From NCBI GenBank assembly GCA_037444405.1, contig JBBIML010000007.1, positions 128,001 to 192,000 on the forward strand: a stretch of DNA of 64,000 bases, written 5' to 3'. Origin of the DNA: Armatimonadota bacterium. GTDB lineage: Bacteria; Armatimonadota; Fimbriimonadia; Fimbriimonadales; GBS-DC. Positions 1-8,355 of the stretch are shown in pieces (the stretch's first letter is position 1; each line of letters opens with the position of its first letter). The position numbers and the translations under genes are program-made. The notes below the pieces were generated by a model, which worked only from the letters and a program-made list of their open reading frames with translations, was not told the origin of the DNA and searched no databases.

Positions 1-46
1 AGTACACGCCTCGCATCCATACTTTTCAGGATACCTTAAGCCGAGC

Positions 47-2260
47 CTACTCCTGAATGATTTTATGATAGCGGGCAAGCCAGTAGGGGAGCAGGAAGGC
101 GGTGCCATCGTCTTCGCTGCGTCCGAGAGGGTCGCCCCCATCGAGCCGATAGGGGTTGCCGTTCCAGCGCATCACTACCCGCTCGCTATAGGGCAGCACC
201 TCCACCGATTGCCATTCGCCGAACCGACCCCGATTCACATCGAGTGTGATGTCCCGCCGATGGCTGTTGCGACACTCATAGTTGCGCAGGTCTAACGGCC
301 ACTCCTGCAGGGTCTGCACGGCAGCCTCCACATCGCACGGCTTGCCCGTTACCGCGCCGTAAATGAAGTTAAACAGCGGGCTGCGTTCGGGGCGCTCAAT
401 CTGCCAGCTGCGCTCCAGACTCATCAGCCACAGCCGCCGATAGGTCGGATCCCGCTCATACAGCAACAGCGGATAGTAGCACAGGAACGCCAGCTGGTCA
501 TCGGAGTGATTGATTTCGTAGGGCGGCAGCATCTTCTGCGTGACGGCGTTCAACAGGTAGTGATGCTCGCGAATCAGCTGCTCATAGGCTTGCTGATATT
601 TCGCGTTGCCCGTGATGTGATGGGCGACCTTCAGATGGGAGAGAATAGAAAGCGCGTTCAGCCCGCGCTCCTCCTCCCACAGCGGGTCGTCATTCAGCGA
701 TTCGGGATTGAAGATTGCCCAGCGGGTGGGCTTGCCATCCTTATCGATCAGGCGCCAGTTGTTCTGCATCAGGTGGTCGGTGACGCGGCGCACCACGCCC
801 CGAATCGCCTCCTTCTCCTTCTCGTCCGCCACCAGGTCATAATAGATGGCCCAGATGAAGTAGTGCCCGTCCAGCTCGTCGGAGCTGGTGTCGCCCTTCC
901 AGATGTAGCTGGGGTCGACGGGCGATTCGTGCCACTCGCCCGACGATTGATGATAGCGCGTCTCGCTTTTATGGATGATGCTGCGAGCGGGGAAGCCGGG
1001 GATGCCCGTGAGCCGTTCCAGCTCCAGCAGGGCGTGCAGGGAGCGTCGGGCGCGCTCGCGTGCCTGCTGGTCGCCTGTGGCAGCGTACTGGAAGCACTGC
1101 GCGGCGCAATAGAGCGCGGTCCACAGCCCGTCGTTGTCGCTTGCTTCAATCTTCCAGCTATCGGGGTCGTTCGGGTCGTCCCAGTCGCAGCTGGTGACGA
1201 AGCCGTTGCGGTTGTGGCGTAGGGCGATCAGGTGTTCGTAATGCTCCGCCTTCTCGCGTAGGGTCATGCGCACCGATTCGATGCAGGCAAGCCCATTCGC
1301 GGTGGCAACCCAAGCGCGATTGCGCGAATCGACGGCAATCGCCTGAACGCGATTATCAGGCAGCCAGCGTTTGCCCCAGAAATAGCTCCATCTGCCGTCG
1401 CGCAGTCGGCATGCGCCTTCGGGCGTGCCGAGCCACAGGTCACCATCGGGCGCGAAAGTCAGACAGCGCGCTTCGCCATAGGGTGGACCGCCCTCCCTGC
1501 CCTCGCGGGGCAGCCACCAGCCGTCGCCATCGCCCAGCAATAGCCCCGTGCGCGTGCCAATCCACAGATGTCCCGATGCGTCGCTGATGGCGCACAGCCA
1601 GCGGTCGTCATAGTACCGCCCGCGATTGTCACGGATGCCGACAACCTGCCAGCGTCCTGTTGCTCTGTCGAGCCGATAGAGGGCGCGCTCCAGCTCGCCC
1701 TCCGCAAAGGCGAACAGGCGTCCCTGCGCATCCTCCACCAGCCAGTGGAAGCGTCGAGCAGGCGGCGATGCATAACGCGCGCGGATACCATCCAGAAAGT
1801 GCAGCAGCTCATCGGCATAGAGGAGCCAGACACCGCCCTCCCGCGCTGCATACACCCCTATCAGCGGTGACGAGGATTCATAAATGCGTTCAGGTCGGTC
1901 AGGTGATGGGAGCCGCCAGAGCGTCTGTTCGTTCGCAGCGTAGAGTATCTTGCTTACAGGGTCGACCGCGAGCCAGCGGATGGGCGCATTCAGCACCGTT
2001 TGCCAGCGGGGCGAATCGAGCGGGGCGCGCGCCAGCCCCTTCGCCGTGCCCACCCAGAGCGTGTCACCCGTAATACACAGCGCGTGAATATTCGCGTCTG
2101 GAATGCCATGCTCAACACCAAAAAAGCGGCTCCTGTCCTGCCAGTAGGGTTGCAGGGTGTAAGTGTTGCTCATCATCATGCTCACCGCCAGCATCGCCAC
2201 GCTCACCAGCATGGTTGCCCCTTTTCTGGCTACAGGCATCGTTTCCTGCTTTACCCTCAC
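47..2260 (-). CDS. Beta-propeller (two-component regulator propeller-like repeats) fused to a C-terminal helical, possibly glycosidase-like, domain
   Basis: 737-aa ORF; repeated LWVGT/LWIGT/LWLGT/AWVAT blades, then a domain with SDNDGLWT and GDTSSDE motifs; start codon uncertain. Confidence 0.6.
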   Translation of the reverse strand: MRVKQETMPVARKGATMLVSVAMLAVSMMMSNTYTLQPYWQDRSRFFGVEHGIPDANIHALCITGDTLWVGTAKGLARAPLDSPRWQTVLNAPIRWLAVDPVSKILYAANEQTLWRLPSPDRPERIYESSSPLIGVYAAREGGVWLLYADELLHFLDGIRARYASPPARRFHWLVEDAQGRLFAFAEGELERALYRLDRATGRWQVVGIRDNRGRYYDDRWLCAISDASGHLWIGTRTGLLLGDGDGWWLPREGREGGPPYGEARCLTFAPDGDLWLGTPEGACRLRDGRWSYFWGKRWLPDNRVQAIAVDSRNRAWVATANGLACIESVRMTLREKAEHYEHLIALRHNRNGFVTSCDWDDPNDPDSWKIEASDNDGLWTALYCAAQCFQYAATGDQQARERARRSLHALLELERLTGIPGFPARSIIHKSETRYHQSSGEWHESPVDPSYIWKGDTSSDELDGHYFIWAIYYDLVADEKEKEAIRGVVRRVTDHLMQNNWRLIDKDGKPTRWAIFNPESLNDDPLWEEERGLNALSILSHLKVAHHITGNAKYQQAYEQLIREHHYLLNAVTQKMLPPYEINHSDDQLAFLCYYPLLLYERDPTYRRLWLMSLERSWQIERPERSPLFNFIYGAVTGKPCDVEAAVQTLQEWPLDLRNYECRNSHRRDITLDVNRGRFGEWQSVEVLPYSERVVMRWNGNPYRLDGGDPLGRSEDDGTAFLLPYWLARYHKIIQE

Positions 2261-2303
2261 CTCCAGGAAGTGGAAACGGCTCGCGGGGTATACTTGAGTT
2301 ACT

Positions 2304-3560
2304 ATGTGTGCAGGGAGAGCGTTCCGTAAAGGGTTTGTCGGGCTATTCAGCCTGTTGCTGGGGTGGGCAGGTGCGCAGACGCCCGCATTTTACGGTGCAG
2401 GCGACTTGCCCGGTGGCAACTACAGCAGCAACCTGTTCGCCATCTCCGCGAATGGACAGGTCGCCGTCGGTTCCAGCCTTTCTGCGAACGGCACAGAAGC
2501 GTGCTACTGGACGGTTACGACAGGGCTGGTGCCGCTGGGCGATTTGCCGGGTGGTACTTTTGTCAGCATCGCGTGGGGTGCATCGTATGACGGCGCGGTG
2601 ATTGTCGGTCAGGCGCGCTCGGCAAGTGGCACGGAGGCGTTCCTGTGGCGACGCGACACGGGCAGCATGATCGGGCTGGGCGATTTGCCTGGAGGTACAT
2701 TCCAGAGCTTCGCCCTTGGCGTGTCCGCCGACGGCAGTGTGGTGGTCGGCTGGAGCGCGTCAGCAAATGGCTCGGAGGCGTTCCGCTGGACACTGGACGC
2801 AGGCATGGTGCCGCTGGGCGACCTTCCCGGTGGCTCTTTCGCCAGCTATGCCCAGAATGTGTCTGCCGATGGGAATGTGATTGTCGGGCGCAGTGAATCG
2901 GCGAACGGCACGGAGGCGTTCCGCTGGACGCAAAGCACTGGCATGGAGCCGCTGGGCAGTCTGGGCGGCGCGTCATTTTTCAGCTACGCCTACGCCGCTT
3001 CCGCCGATGGCAGTGTGGTGGTCGGCTGGAGCCGCTCACTGAACGGGCTGGAGGCGTTCCGCTGGACCGCCGATGACGGCATGCAGGGGCTGGGCGATCT
3101 GGAATCGGGCGCCTTTGAGAGCCGCGCGTATGCGGTGTCAGCAGATGGACGCCTGATAGGCGGGTTCGGCACCTCCGATATTGGTAAAGAGGCGGTGCTG
3201 TGGGACCCTGTCAACGGCATGCGGCGAGTCAGGGATATCCTGCTGGCGCTGGGTCTTTCGGAGGTAGAGAACTGGCGACTGGAGGAGGTGCGTGCCATTT
3301 CTGCCGACGGCACGGTGATTGCAGGCACAGGCGAGAATCCCAGCGGCAACAGGGAAGCATGGATTGCTGTCATCCCGCGCACAGATCGCCATGCAGGGGA
3401 TATTAATCTTGACGGCTGTGTGGACGACGCCGACCTGCTGCAGGTGCTGTTCGCCTTCGGCAATACAGGCTACTTCCCGCCCGAAGATGGGAACTACGAC
3501 GCGGTGGTGGATGATGCCGACCTGCTGCAGGTGCTGTTCAATTTTGGCAGCGGGTGTTAG
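2304..3560 (+). CDS. Secreted HAF-type extracellular repeat protein with C-terminal dockerin-like twin EF-hand tag
   Basis: Signal peptide; repeats EAFRWT...GMxxLGDLPGG...AxxVSADGSVVVG; two DDADLLQVLFxFG motifs at the C-terminus. Confidence 0.85.
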   Translation: MCAGRAFRKGFVGLFSLLLGWAGAQTPAFYGAGDLPGGNYSSNLFAISANGQVAVGSSLSANGTEACYWTVTTGLVPLGDLPGGTFVSIAWGASYDGAVIVGQARSASGTEAFLWRRDTGSMIGLGDLPGGTFQSFALGVSADGSVVVGWSASANGSEAFRWTLDAGMVPLGDLPGGSFASYAQNVSADGNVIVGRSESANGTEAFRWTQSTGMEPLGSLGGASFFSYAYAASADGSVVVGWSRSLNGLEAFRWTADDGMQGLGDLESGAFESRAYAVSADGRLIGGFGTSDIGKEAVLWDPVNGMRRVRDILLALGLSEVENWRLEEVRAISADGTVIAGTGENPSGNREAWIAVIPRTDRHAGDINLDGCVDDADLLQVLFAFGNTGYFPPEDGNYDAVVDDADLLQVLFNFGSGC

Positions 3561-3789
3561 GCTGCCCCCTGCGTAGGAGAGGGGCATGAAGCTGGGGAAA
3601 GATGTAGCGAGCCAGTGCGTCGCTTGCAATCCCCAGGTGTTGCCCAGATTTTTCCTTCCTGACTCGCGACCGCAAACCCTGCCAGAGGGTGTGCATGACC
3701 TGGGGATTCGCCGCGCTGAGATTCGCCCCTGAATGGCAGGGATACAGGATATGGTGGCGTACAGGAGCAGGGGACACAACAGAAAGGGT

Positions 3790-3874
3790 TGGTGCCCGGG
3801 GCGGGACTCGAACCCGCACGGGTTATCCCCAGAGGATTTTAAGTCCCCCGCGTCTGCCGTTCCGCCACCCGGGC
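3790..3874 (-). tRNA. tRNA-Leu (anticodon TAA)
   Basis: Reverse complement GCCCGGGTGGCGGAACGGCAGACGC-GGGGA-CTTAAAA-TCCTC...GGTTCGAGTCCCGCCCCGGGCACCA: acceptor stem, T-loop GTTCGAG, long variable arm, encoded CCA. Confidence 0.97.
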
Positions 3875-3938
3875 AACGGTTTCCTCCCTGAATGGATGAT
3901 GGGCGCTCATAATCGCGGATGCAGGTTCCGCGCAGCTA

Positions 3939-4045
3939 AAAGGATACCCTATCGCTTTGTCGAATAGCCCACGCAGGCGGCTCATCTGTATCAATCGCCG
4001 CAGTTGCATGCGGATTAAGCAGGAATCGGCGATCCGCTGTCGAAG
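3939..4045 (+). promoter_or_regulatory. Two tandem sigmaH-like promoters
   Basis: AAAGGATAC-N11-GTCGAAT (3939-3965) and GCAGGAATC-N11-GTCGAAG (4019-4045); resemble Bacillus sigmaH consensus RNAGGAWWW-N11/12-RNNGAAT. Confidence 0.55.
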
Positions 4046-4220
4046 ATCGTTCAACAGGAAGGCAATTAAGCAGGAATCGGCGTGTCGATACAAGTATTCT
4101 ATAGCCGAAGCAGGGCACTGATACAAAGTGAGCAGCTGGAAGGGTGGCGGCTGTTGCCTCGACGCTTTTCCCTGAGCGATGTCTGTGCAGCGCGTATGCG
4201 CGTGTTAGCGGAGGTAGGCG

Positions 4221-4913
4221 ATGGTGGAGCGTCGCTGGAGTGCAGCTCAGATCGAGGCGACCCTGCGCGAGCTGAAAGGCGTGTGCGGAGCGCGTGTGGT
4301 GGCGGATGAAAAGGGTCTCATTCAGGAAATCCACCTGCTGGTGGAGGGGGATCGGAACCCGAAGCAGGTGGTGCGCGATGTCGAATCCGCCCTGATGGCG
4401 CACTTCGGCGTGCATATCGACCATCGCAAGGTGAGCGTGGCACAGAAAGGCGCAGGGCGTGGGTATACTCCCGCGCGATTGCGCTGGCTCGATTTGCAGA
4501 TTGTTCAGGAAGGCACGCGAGCGACCGCGACGGTGTTCGTGGAGCGGGGCGGTCAGGTCTATCGGGGTACGGCGTCCGGCGTGCGCGCCAGCACGCAACT
4601 CCCACGACTGGTCGCCACCGCCACCCTGCGCGCTGTTGAGTCGGCACACGGGCTACATGAGCGGTTCGGACTGGAAGATGTGTCGACCAACACGGTGCTG
4701 GCAGGGTATCCTGTGGCAGTGGTGCTGGTGAGCGCGGTGCGTGAGAACGGCGAGGACCTGCTGGTGGGCAGTGCGCTGGTGCGTCAGGATGTGTATCGAG
4801 CGATTGGGCTGGCAACTTTAGATGCGGTTAATCGGCGGGTGGTTGCTTTCCCCAGCGATTTTGAGCCGACGCCAGAGGCGGCGGTGCTGATGCAGGGACA
4901 AGTAACGGATTAG
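4221..4913 (+). CDS. Conserved hypothetical protein
   Basis: GGAGGT RBS before ATG; 230 aa; PKQVVRDVESAL...IDHRKVSVAQ motif; C-terminal 'ATLDAVNRR' segment reminiscent of the LeuA allosteric domain. Confidence 0.75.
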   Translation: MVERRWSAAQIEATLRELKGVCGARVVADEKGLIQEIHLLVEGDRNPKQVVRDVESALMAHFGVHIDHRKVSVAQKGAGRGYTPARLRWLDLQIVQEGTRATATVFVERGGQVYRGTASGVRASTQLPRLVATATLRAVESAHGLHERFGLEDVSTNTVLAGYPVAVVLVSAVRENGEDLLVGSALVRQDVYRAIGLATLDAVNRRVVAFPSDFEPTPEAAVLMQGQVTD

Positions 4914-4936
4914 GGGCGCGGTCACCGCGCCCGTAC
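4911..4936. repeat. REP-like palindrome (GTAG/GTAC family)
   Basis: TAGGGGCGCGGTCACCGCGCCCGTAC; similar copies at 13598, 36859, 36910, 46795, 46830, 49920 and 57371. Confidence 0.75.
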
Positions 4937-5041
4937 CCACTTGGGGCGCATATCCCGCAGATGCGCCCTATCGGGCAGGGCGAGCGCAGAAGCGGAGCGG
5001 AACCGAGCGACGCATATTCTCGACACAGGAGGGAGCAGCTG

Positions 5042-5179
5042 ATGCGACGGTGGCTCGTTCTGATGGCTGCGCTCGTTGCGCTGATGGCGGTCGCCAGCGC
5101 GAAGAAGGTGTACTACCCGCACCGCTGGGATGACCCGCTGGAGGCGCAACCCAACACGGTGGTGTTGCCCACACCATAA
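5042..5179 (+). CDS. 45-aa secreted microprotein (putative signalling-peptide precursor)
   Basis: AGGAGG RBS upstream; MRRWLVLMAALVALMAVASA|KKVYYPHRWDDPLEAQPNTVVLPTP, a typical Sec signal ending in A-S-A. Confidence 0.75.
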   Translation: MRRWLVLMAALVALMAVASAKKVYYPHRWDDPLEAQPNTVVLPTP

Positions 5180-5283
5180 GGGGCACACTTGAAAGGATAG
5201 CGCGAAGCGCTTGCCCTGCCTGAAAGTGAACCCTCGTTCCCGGCGGCACTGGCTGCCGCCTATAGCCGCATCGGAAACGAACA

Positions 5284-6651
5284 ATGGCAATCGCGCACAG
5301 GAATCAGCTGCGGAGGCGGCACTGGCTCTGGAGTGGACTGCTTTCGGCAACGGCGATACTGATTCTGATGGCGGCGGGCAGCCCCATCCAGCAAGCAGGG
5401 CAACTGCCCCTGCTACTGGGGCTGGCAGCTGTCGCGCTGCTGGGTGAGCTGCTGCTGATCCGCTATCCGCTCCGCCACGGCTACACCGATCGCGGCATCT
5501 GGGTGAGCGTCAGCACGCCCATCGTGGCGGCGGTGATTTTGCTCTACGGTTGGGCGATGGGCGTGTGGCTCGATGCGGGCGTCACCTTCGGCGCAGGACT
5601 GCTCACCGCTCGGCTCAAACAGTCGCGCCTGCGCTGGGTGTGGCTCAACACGGCGCAGAGCGTGCTGTGCGCCGCTGCAGCCGGCATCTGTCCCATCGCT
5701 TTCCAGTACCTGTTAGATGGGTTCAGCGAGGCGCCTGCCGGCGTTTTTGCGAACACCCTCTTTGCTTCACCTGCCGTCGCTGTGCTGGCTCTGTTCACCA
5801 TCCTGGTTGTTTATAGCATGATCAATAACCTGCTGGTGTCGGTCACGGTGGCTCTGGCGGAGGGCGTGCGGTTTGGGTGGGTGTTGCGCGAGTCGCTGCT
5901 CGATTTGCCGCGCGAGACACTGCCGATGTTCCCGCTGAGCCTGCTGCTAATGGCGATGCTCCATCTATATGGGCTTACAGGTTCGCTGACCGTGCTGGCG
6001 CCCTATCTGGCGCTGCGCCAGGCGTTCATTCTCTCCACACGCCAGCATGAGCTGTATCATCAGACGATTCGCAGTCTGGGCTTTTTGATTCAGCGGGCGC
6101 ATCCGTACACTGGGGGGCATCTGCAGCGGGTGGCGCAGTGGGGTCGGCGTGTCGCCGAGCGGCTGGGGCTACCCCCCGAACGCTGTGAACTCATCTACGA
6201 AGCCGCGCTCCTGCACGACCTCGGCAAAACGGTGCTGGATGAACGAATCCTCAACAAACCGGGGCGACTGACCCCGCGCGAATGGGAGCAGGTGCAACGC
6301 CATCCGCAGCTGGGCGCGGAAATCCTCACCGATGTGCCGTTCCTGAACGCGATTGTGCCCTGGATTACCTATCACCATGAGCGCCCCGATGGCAAAGGCT
6401 ACCCGCACGGACTGAGAGGCGACCAGATTCCGCTGGAGGCACGGATTATCGCCGTCGTGGACGCCTTCGACGCGATGATTGGCGGCGAAGCGCCCAGTCA
6501 GCAGCGCCAGTATCGGCGCTCACTCACCATCCCCGAAGCGCTGAACGAGCTGCGGCGCGGCGCGGGCACGCAGTTCGACCCGCAGGTGGTGCAGGTGTTC
6601 GAGCAGGTGGTGCAGGAATGGTTGCCGTATCAGGAGGGGACGCGGAGGTAA
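5284..6651 (+). CDS. Multi-pass membrane HD-GYP phosphodiesterase
   Basis: About 250-aa hydrophobic N-terminus; YTGGH, LLHDLGK, HHERPDGKGYP, IIAVVDAFDAM and RQYR motifs intact. Confidence 0.92.
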   Translation: MAIAHRNQLRRRHWLWSGLLSATAILILMAAGSPIQQAGQLPLLLGLAAVALLGELLLIRYPLRHGYTDRGIWVSVSTPIVAAVILLYGWAMGVWLDAGVTFGAGLLTARLKQSRLRWVWLNTAQSVLCAAAAGICPIAFQYLLDGFSEAPAGVFANTLFASPAVAVLALFTILVVYSMINNLLVSVTVALAEGVRFGWVLRESLLDLPRETLPMFPLSLLLMAMLHLYGLTGSLTVLAPYLALRQAFILSTRQHELYHQTIRSLGFLIQRAHPYTGGHLQRVAQWGRRVAERLGLPPERCELIYEAALLHDLGKTVLDERILNKPGRLTPREWEQVQRHPQLGAEILTDVPFLNAIVPWITYHHERPDGKGYPHGLRGDQIPLEARIIAVVDAFDAMIGGEAPSQQRQYRRSLTIPEALNELRRGAGTQFDPQVVQVFEQVVQEWLPYQEGTRR

Positions 6652-6654
6652 GCG

Positions 6655-7371
6655 ATGGAGAACCTGTGGCTGGGTCTGGCAGTGGTGCTGGCTTCGATCG
6701 GTGCGCTGGGCTATTATGCTTTTATTTTTCTACCCGCCCAGCTCCATCGCTGGCACTGTCAGACCCTGCGGGCGTTCGCGAAGGTGATCGAGCTACGCAC
6801 CCAGGGTCGCTACGGGGACACCGAAACCATGGCGCAGTTAGCGCGGGCGGTCAGCGCGCGATTGGGGCTCGACGCGCAGGAACGCAAACGGCTGGAGCTA
6901 TCGGTCTACCTGCGCGACATCAGCATGGTGAGCCTGCCCTACGCGCTGCTGAATAAGACGACGCCCCTCTCACCGATGGAGCAGCTGACACTGATGCGGC
7001 ATGCGGAGATCAGCGCGGCGATGGTGGAGCAGATTCCGGGACTGAGTGCGGTGGCGCCGCTGGTGCGCCTGCATCATGTGAGTTATGCGCAGCAGCCCGA
7101 TGCCCCGCTGAGCGCGCACCTGCTGTCGGCGCTGTCAGACCTGATGGAGCAGGCTCAGCGGGAGGGCTATGAGGCGGCGTTGCGCGTGTTGCAGGCAGGT
7201 GCGGGCACGCGCTATCACCCCGCGGTTGTGCCGGCAATTGAGGCGGAGCTGCAGGCGCGCCCGCTGGAGAGCTGGGTGCCCCTACGGCGTTCCGCTGCCC
7301 TGTGGTTCGGGCTGATACTGTATCCGCTGAAAGATCTGTCGCGCCTGCTCATAGAATTCGCGCGGCACTAA
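6655..7371 (+). CDS. Degenerate HD-GYP-like protein with a single N-terminal TM helix
   Basis: HD replaced by RD (YLRDISM), GYP loop absent, 'GAGTRYHP' tail retained; 3 nt after the preceding gene. Confidence 0.8.
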   Translation: MENLWLGLAVVLASIGALGYYAFIFLPAQLHRWHCQTLRAFAKVIELRTQGRYGDTETMAQLARAVSARLGLDAQERKRLELSVYLRDISMVSLPYALLNKTTPLSPMEQLTLMRHAEISAAMVEQIPGLSAVAPLVRLHHVSYAQQPDAPLSAHLLSALSDLMEQAQREGYEAALRVLQAGAGTRYHPAVVPAIEAELQARPLESWVPLRRSAALWFGLILYPLKDLSRLLIEFARH

Positions 7372-8355
7372 CTTCGGCGCGCGCACCCCCTCCGCCAGCG
7401 GGATCGCCACAATCTCGGTGCCACGCAATGCCGACATCAGCCCGAACTGGCGTTCATGCACCAGCTCGGCAGCTTTGAGCGCGAGTCGCGTCGCCAGCAC
7501 GCGATCGAACACTGTCGGCGGTCCGCCCCGCTGAATGTGCCCGATGACCGCATAGCGCGTCTCGAAGCCTGTTATCTCTTCGATTTTCTGGGCGATTCGG
7601 GCGCCGACCGCGCGCTCGCGCAGCACGGGATGCCCGAAGTCGTCGGTGGCTATCGGCTGCCCGTCATGTTCAAACGGCAGCTCCACTCCTTCGGAGACGA
7701 CCACCAGTGCGTAGCGCTTGCCACTGGCATAGAGCTGGCGCAGGTAGTCGCACATCTCCTGGAGGTCGATGGGCACTTCGGGGATCAGAATCCAGTCGGC
7801 GCCGCCACCGATGCCCGCGTAGAGCGCGACCCAGCCCGCATGGCGCCCCATCACCTCCAGCACGATGACCCGCGTGTGCGATTTGGCGGTGTCGCGCAGG
7901 CGGTCCATCGCCTCCACCGCGACCGAGACCGCGCTATCAAACCCGAAGGTGAAGTCGGTGCCGCTTAAATCGTTGTCCATCGTTTTGGGCACGCCGACGA
8001 CAGGGAGCTGATGCTCCTGATAGAGGCGGTTGGCGACGCCCAGCGTGTCCTCCCCGCCGATGGCGATCAGGGCATCCAGTTGAAGGGCGCGATAGTTCTC
8101 CAGCAGGCGCTGGAGGTCGCCCTCCTGCTTGAACGGGTTCGTGCGGGAGGTGCCCAGAATGGTGCCGCCCTCCCGAATAATCTCGTCCACGCGCTCGACG
8201 CTGAGTGGGACGGTCCAGCCTTCCACCAGTCCGCGCCAGCCGTGCTGGATGCCGACAGGTGTATGACCGTCGCGTATCAGGCGCAGCGTTGCGCCCCGTA
8301 TCGCGGGATTCAGACCGGGGCAGTCGCCCCCACCTGTCAAAATGCCAACGCGCAT
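7282..8355 (-). CDS. pfkA: 6-phosphofructokinase (PfkA family, probably PPi-dependent)
   Basis: GILTGGGDCPGLN, GGTILGTSR, IGGEDT, PKTMDND, EVMGRHAGW, GHIQRGG; AGGAGG RBS. Confidence 0.93.
   Translation of the reverse strand: MRVGILTGGGDCPGLNPAIRGATLRLIRDGHTPVGIQHGWRGLVEGWTVPLSVERVDEIIREGGTILGTSRTNPFKQEGDLQRLLENYRALQLDALIAIGGEDTLGVANRLYQEHQLPVVGVPKTMDNDLSGTDFTFGFDSAVSVAVEAMDRLRDTAKSHTRVIVLEVMGRHAGWVALYAGIGGGADWILIPEVPIDLQEMCDYLRQLYASGKRYALVVVSEGVELPFEHDGQPIATDDFGHPVLRERAVGARIAQKIEEITGFETRYAVIGHIQRGGPPTVFDRVLATRLALKAAELVHERQFGLMSALRGTEIVAIPLAEGVRAPKLVPREFYEQARQIFQRIQYQPEPQGSGTP

Noticed and set aside
3607..3726. SRP RNA or 6S RNA
   Set aside because: Lacks the SRP domain IV motif and the 6S stem-bubble-stem layout.
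3790..3874. tRNA-anchored genomic island
   Set aside because: No integrase and no duplicated tRNA 3' end seen in the window.
4014..4082. 18-bp repeat with a 33-nt gap as a CRISPR repeat-spacer unit
   Set aside because: Only two short copies; better explained as a duplicated promoter element.
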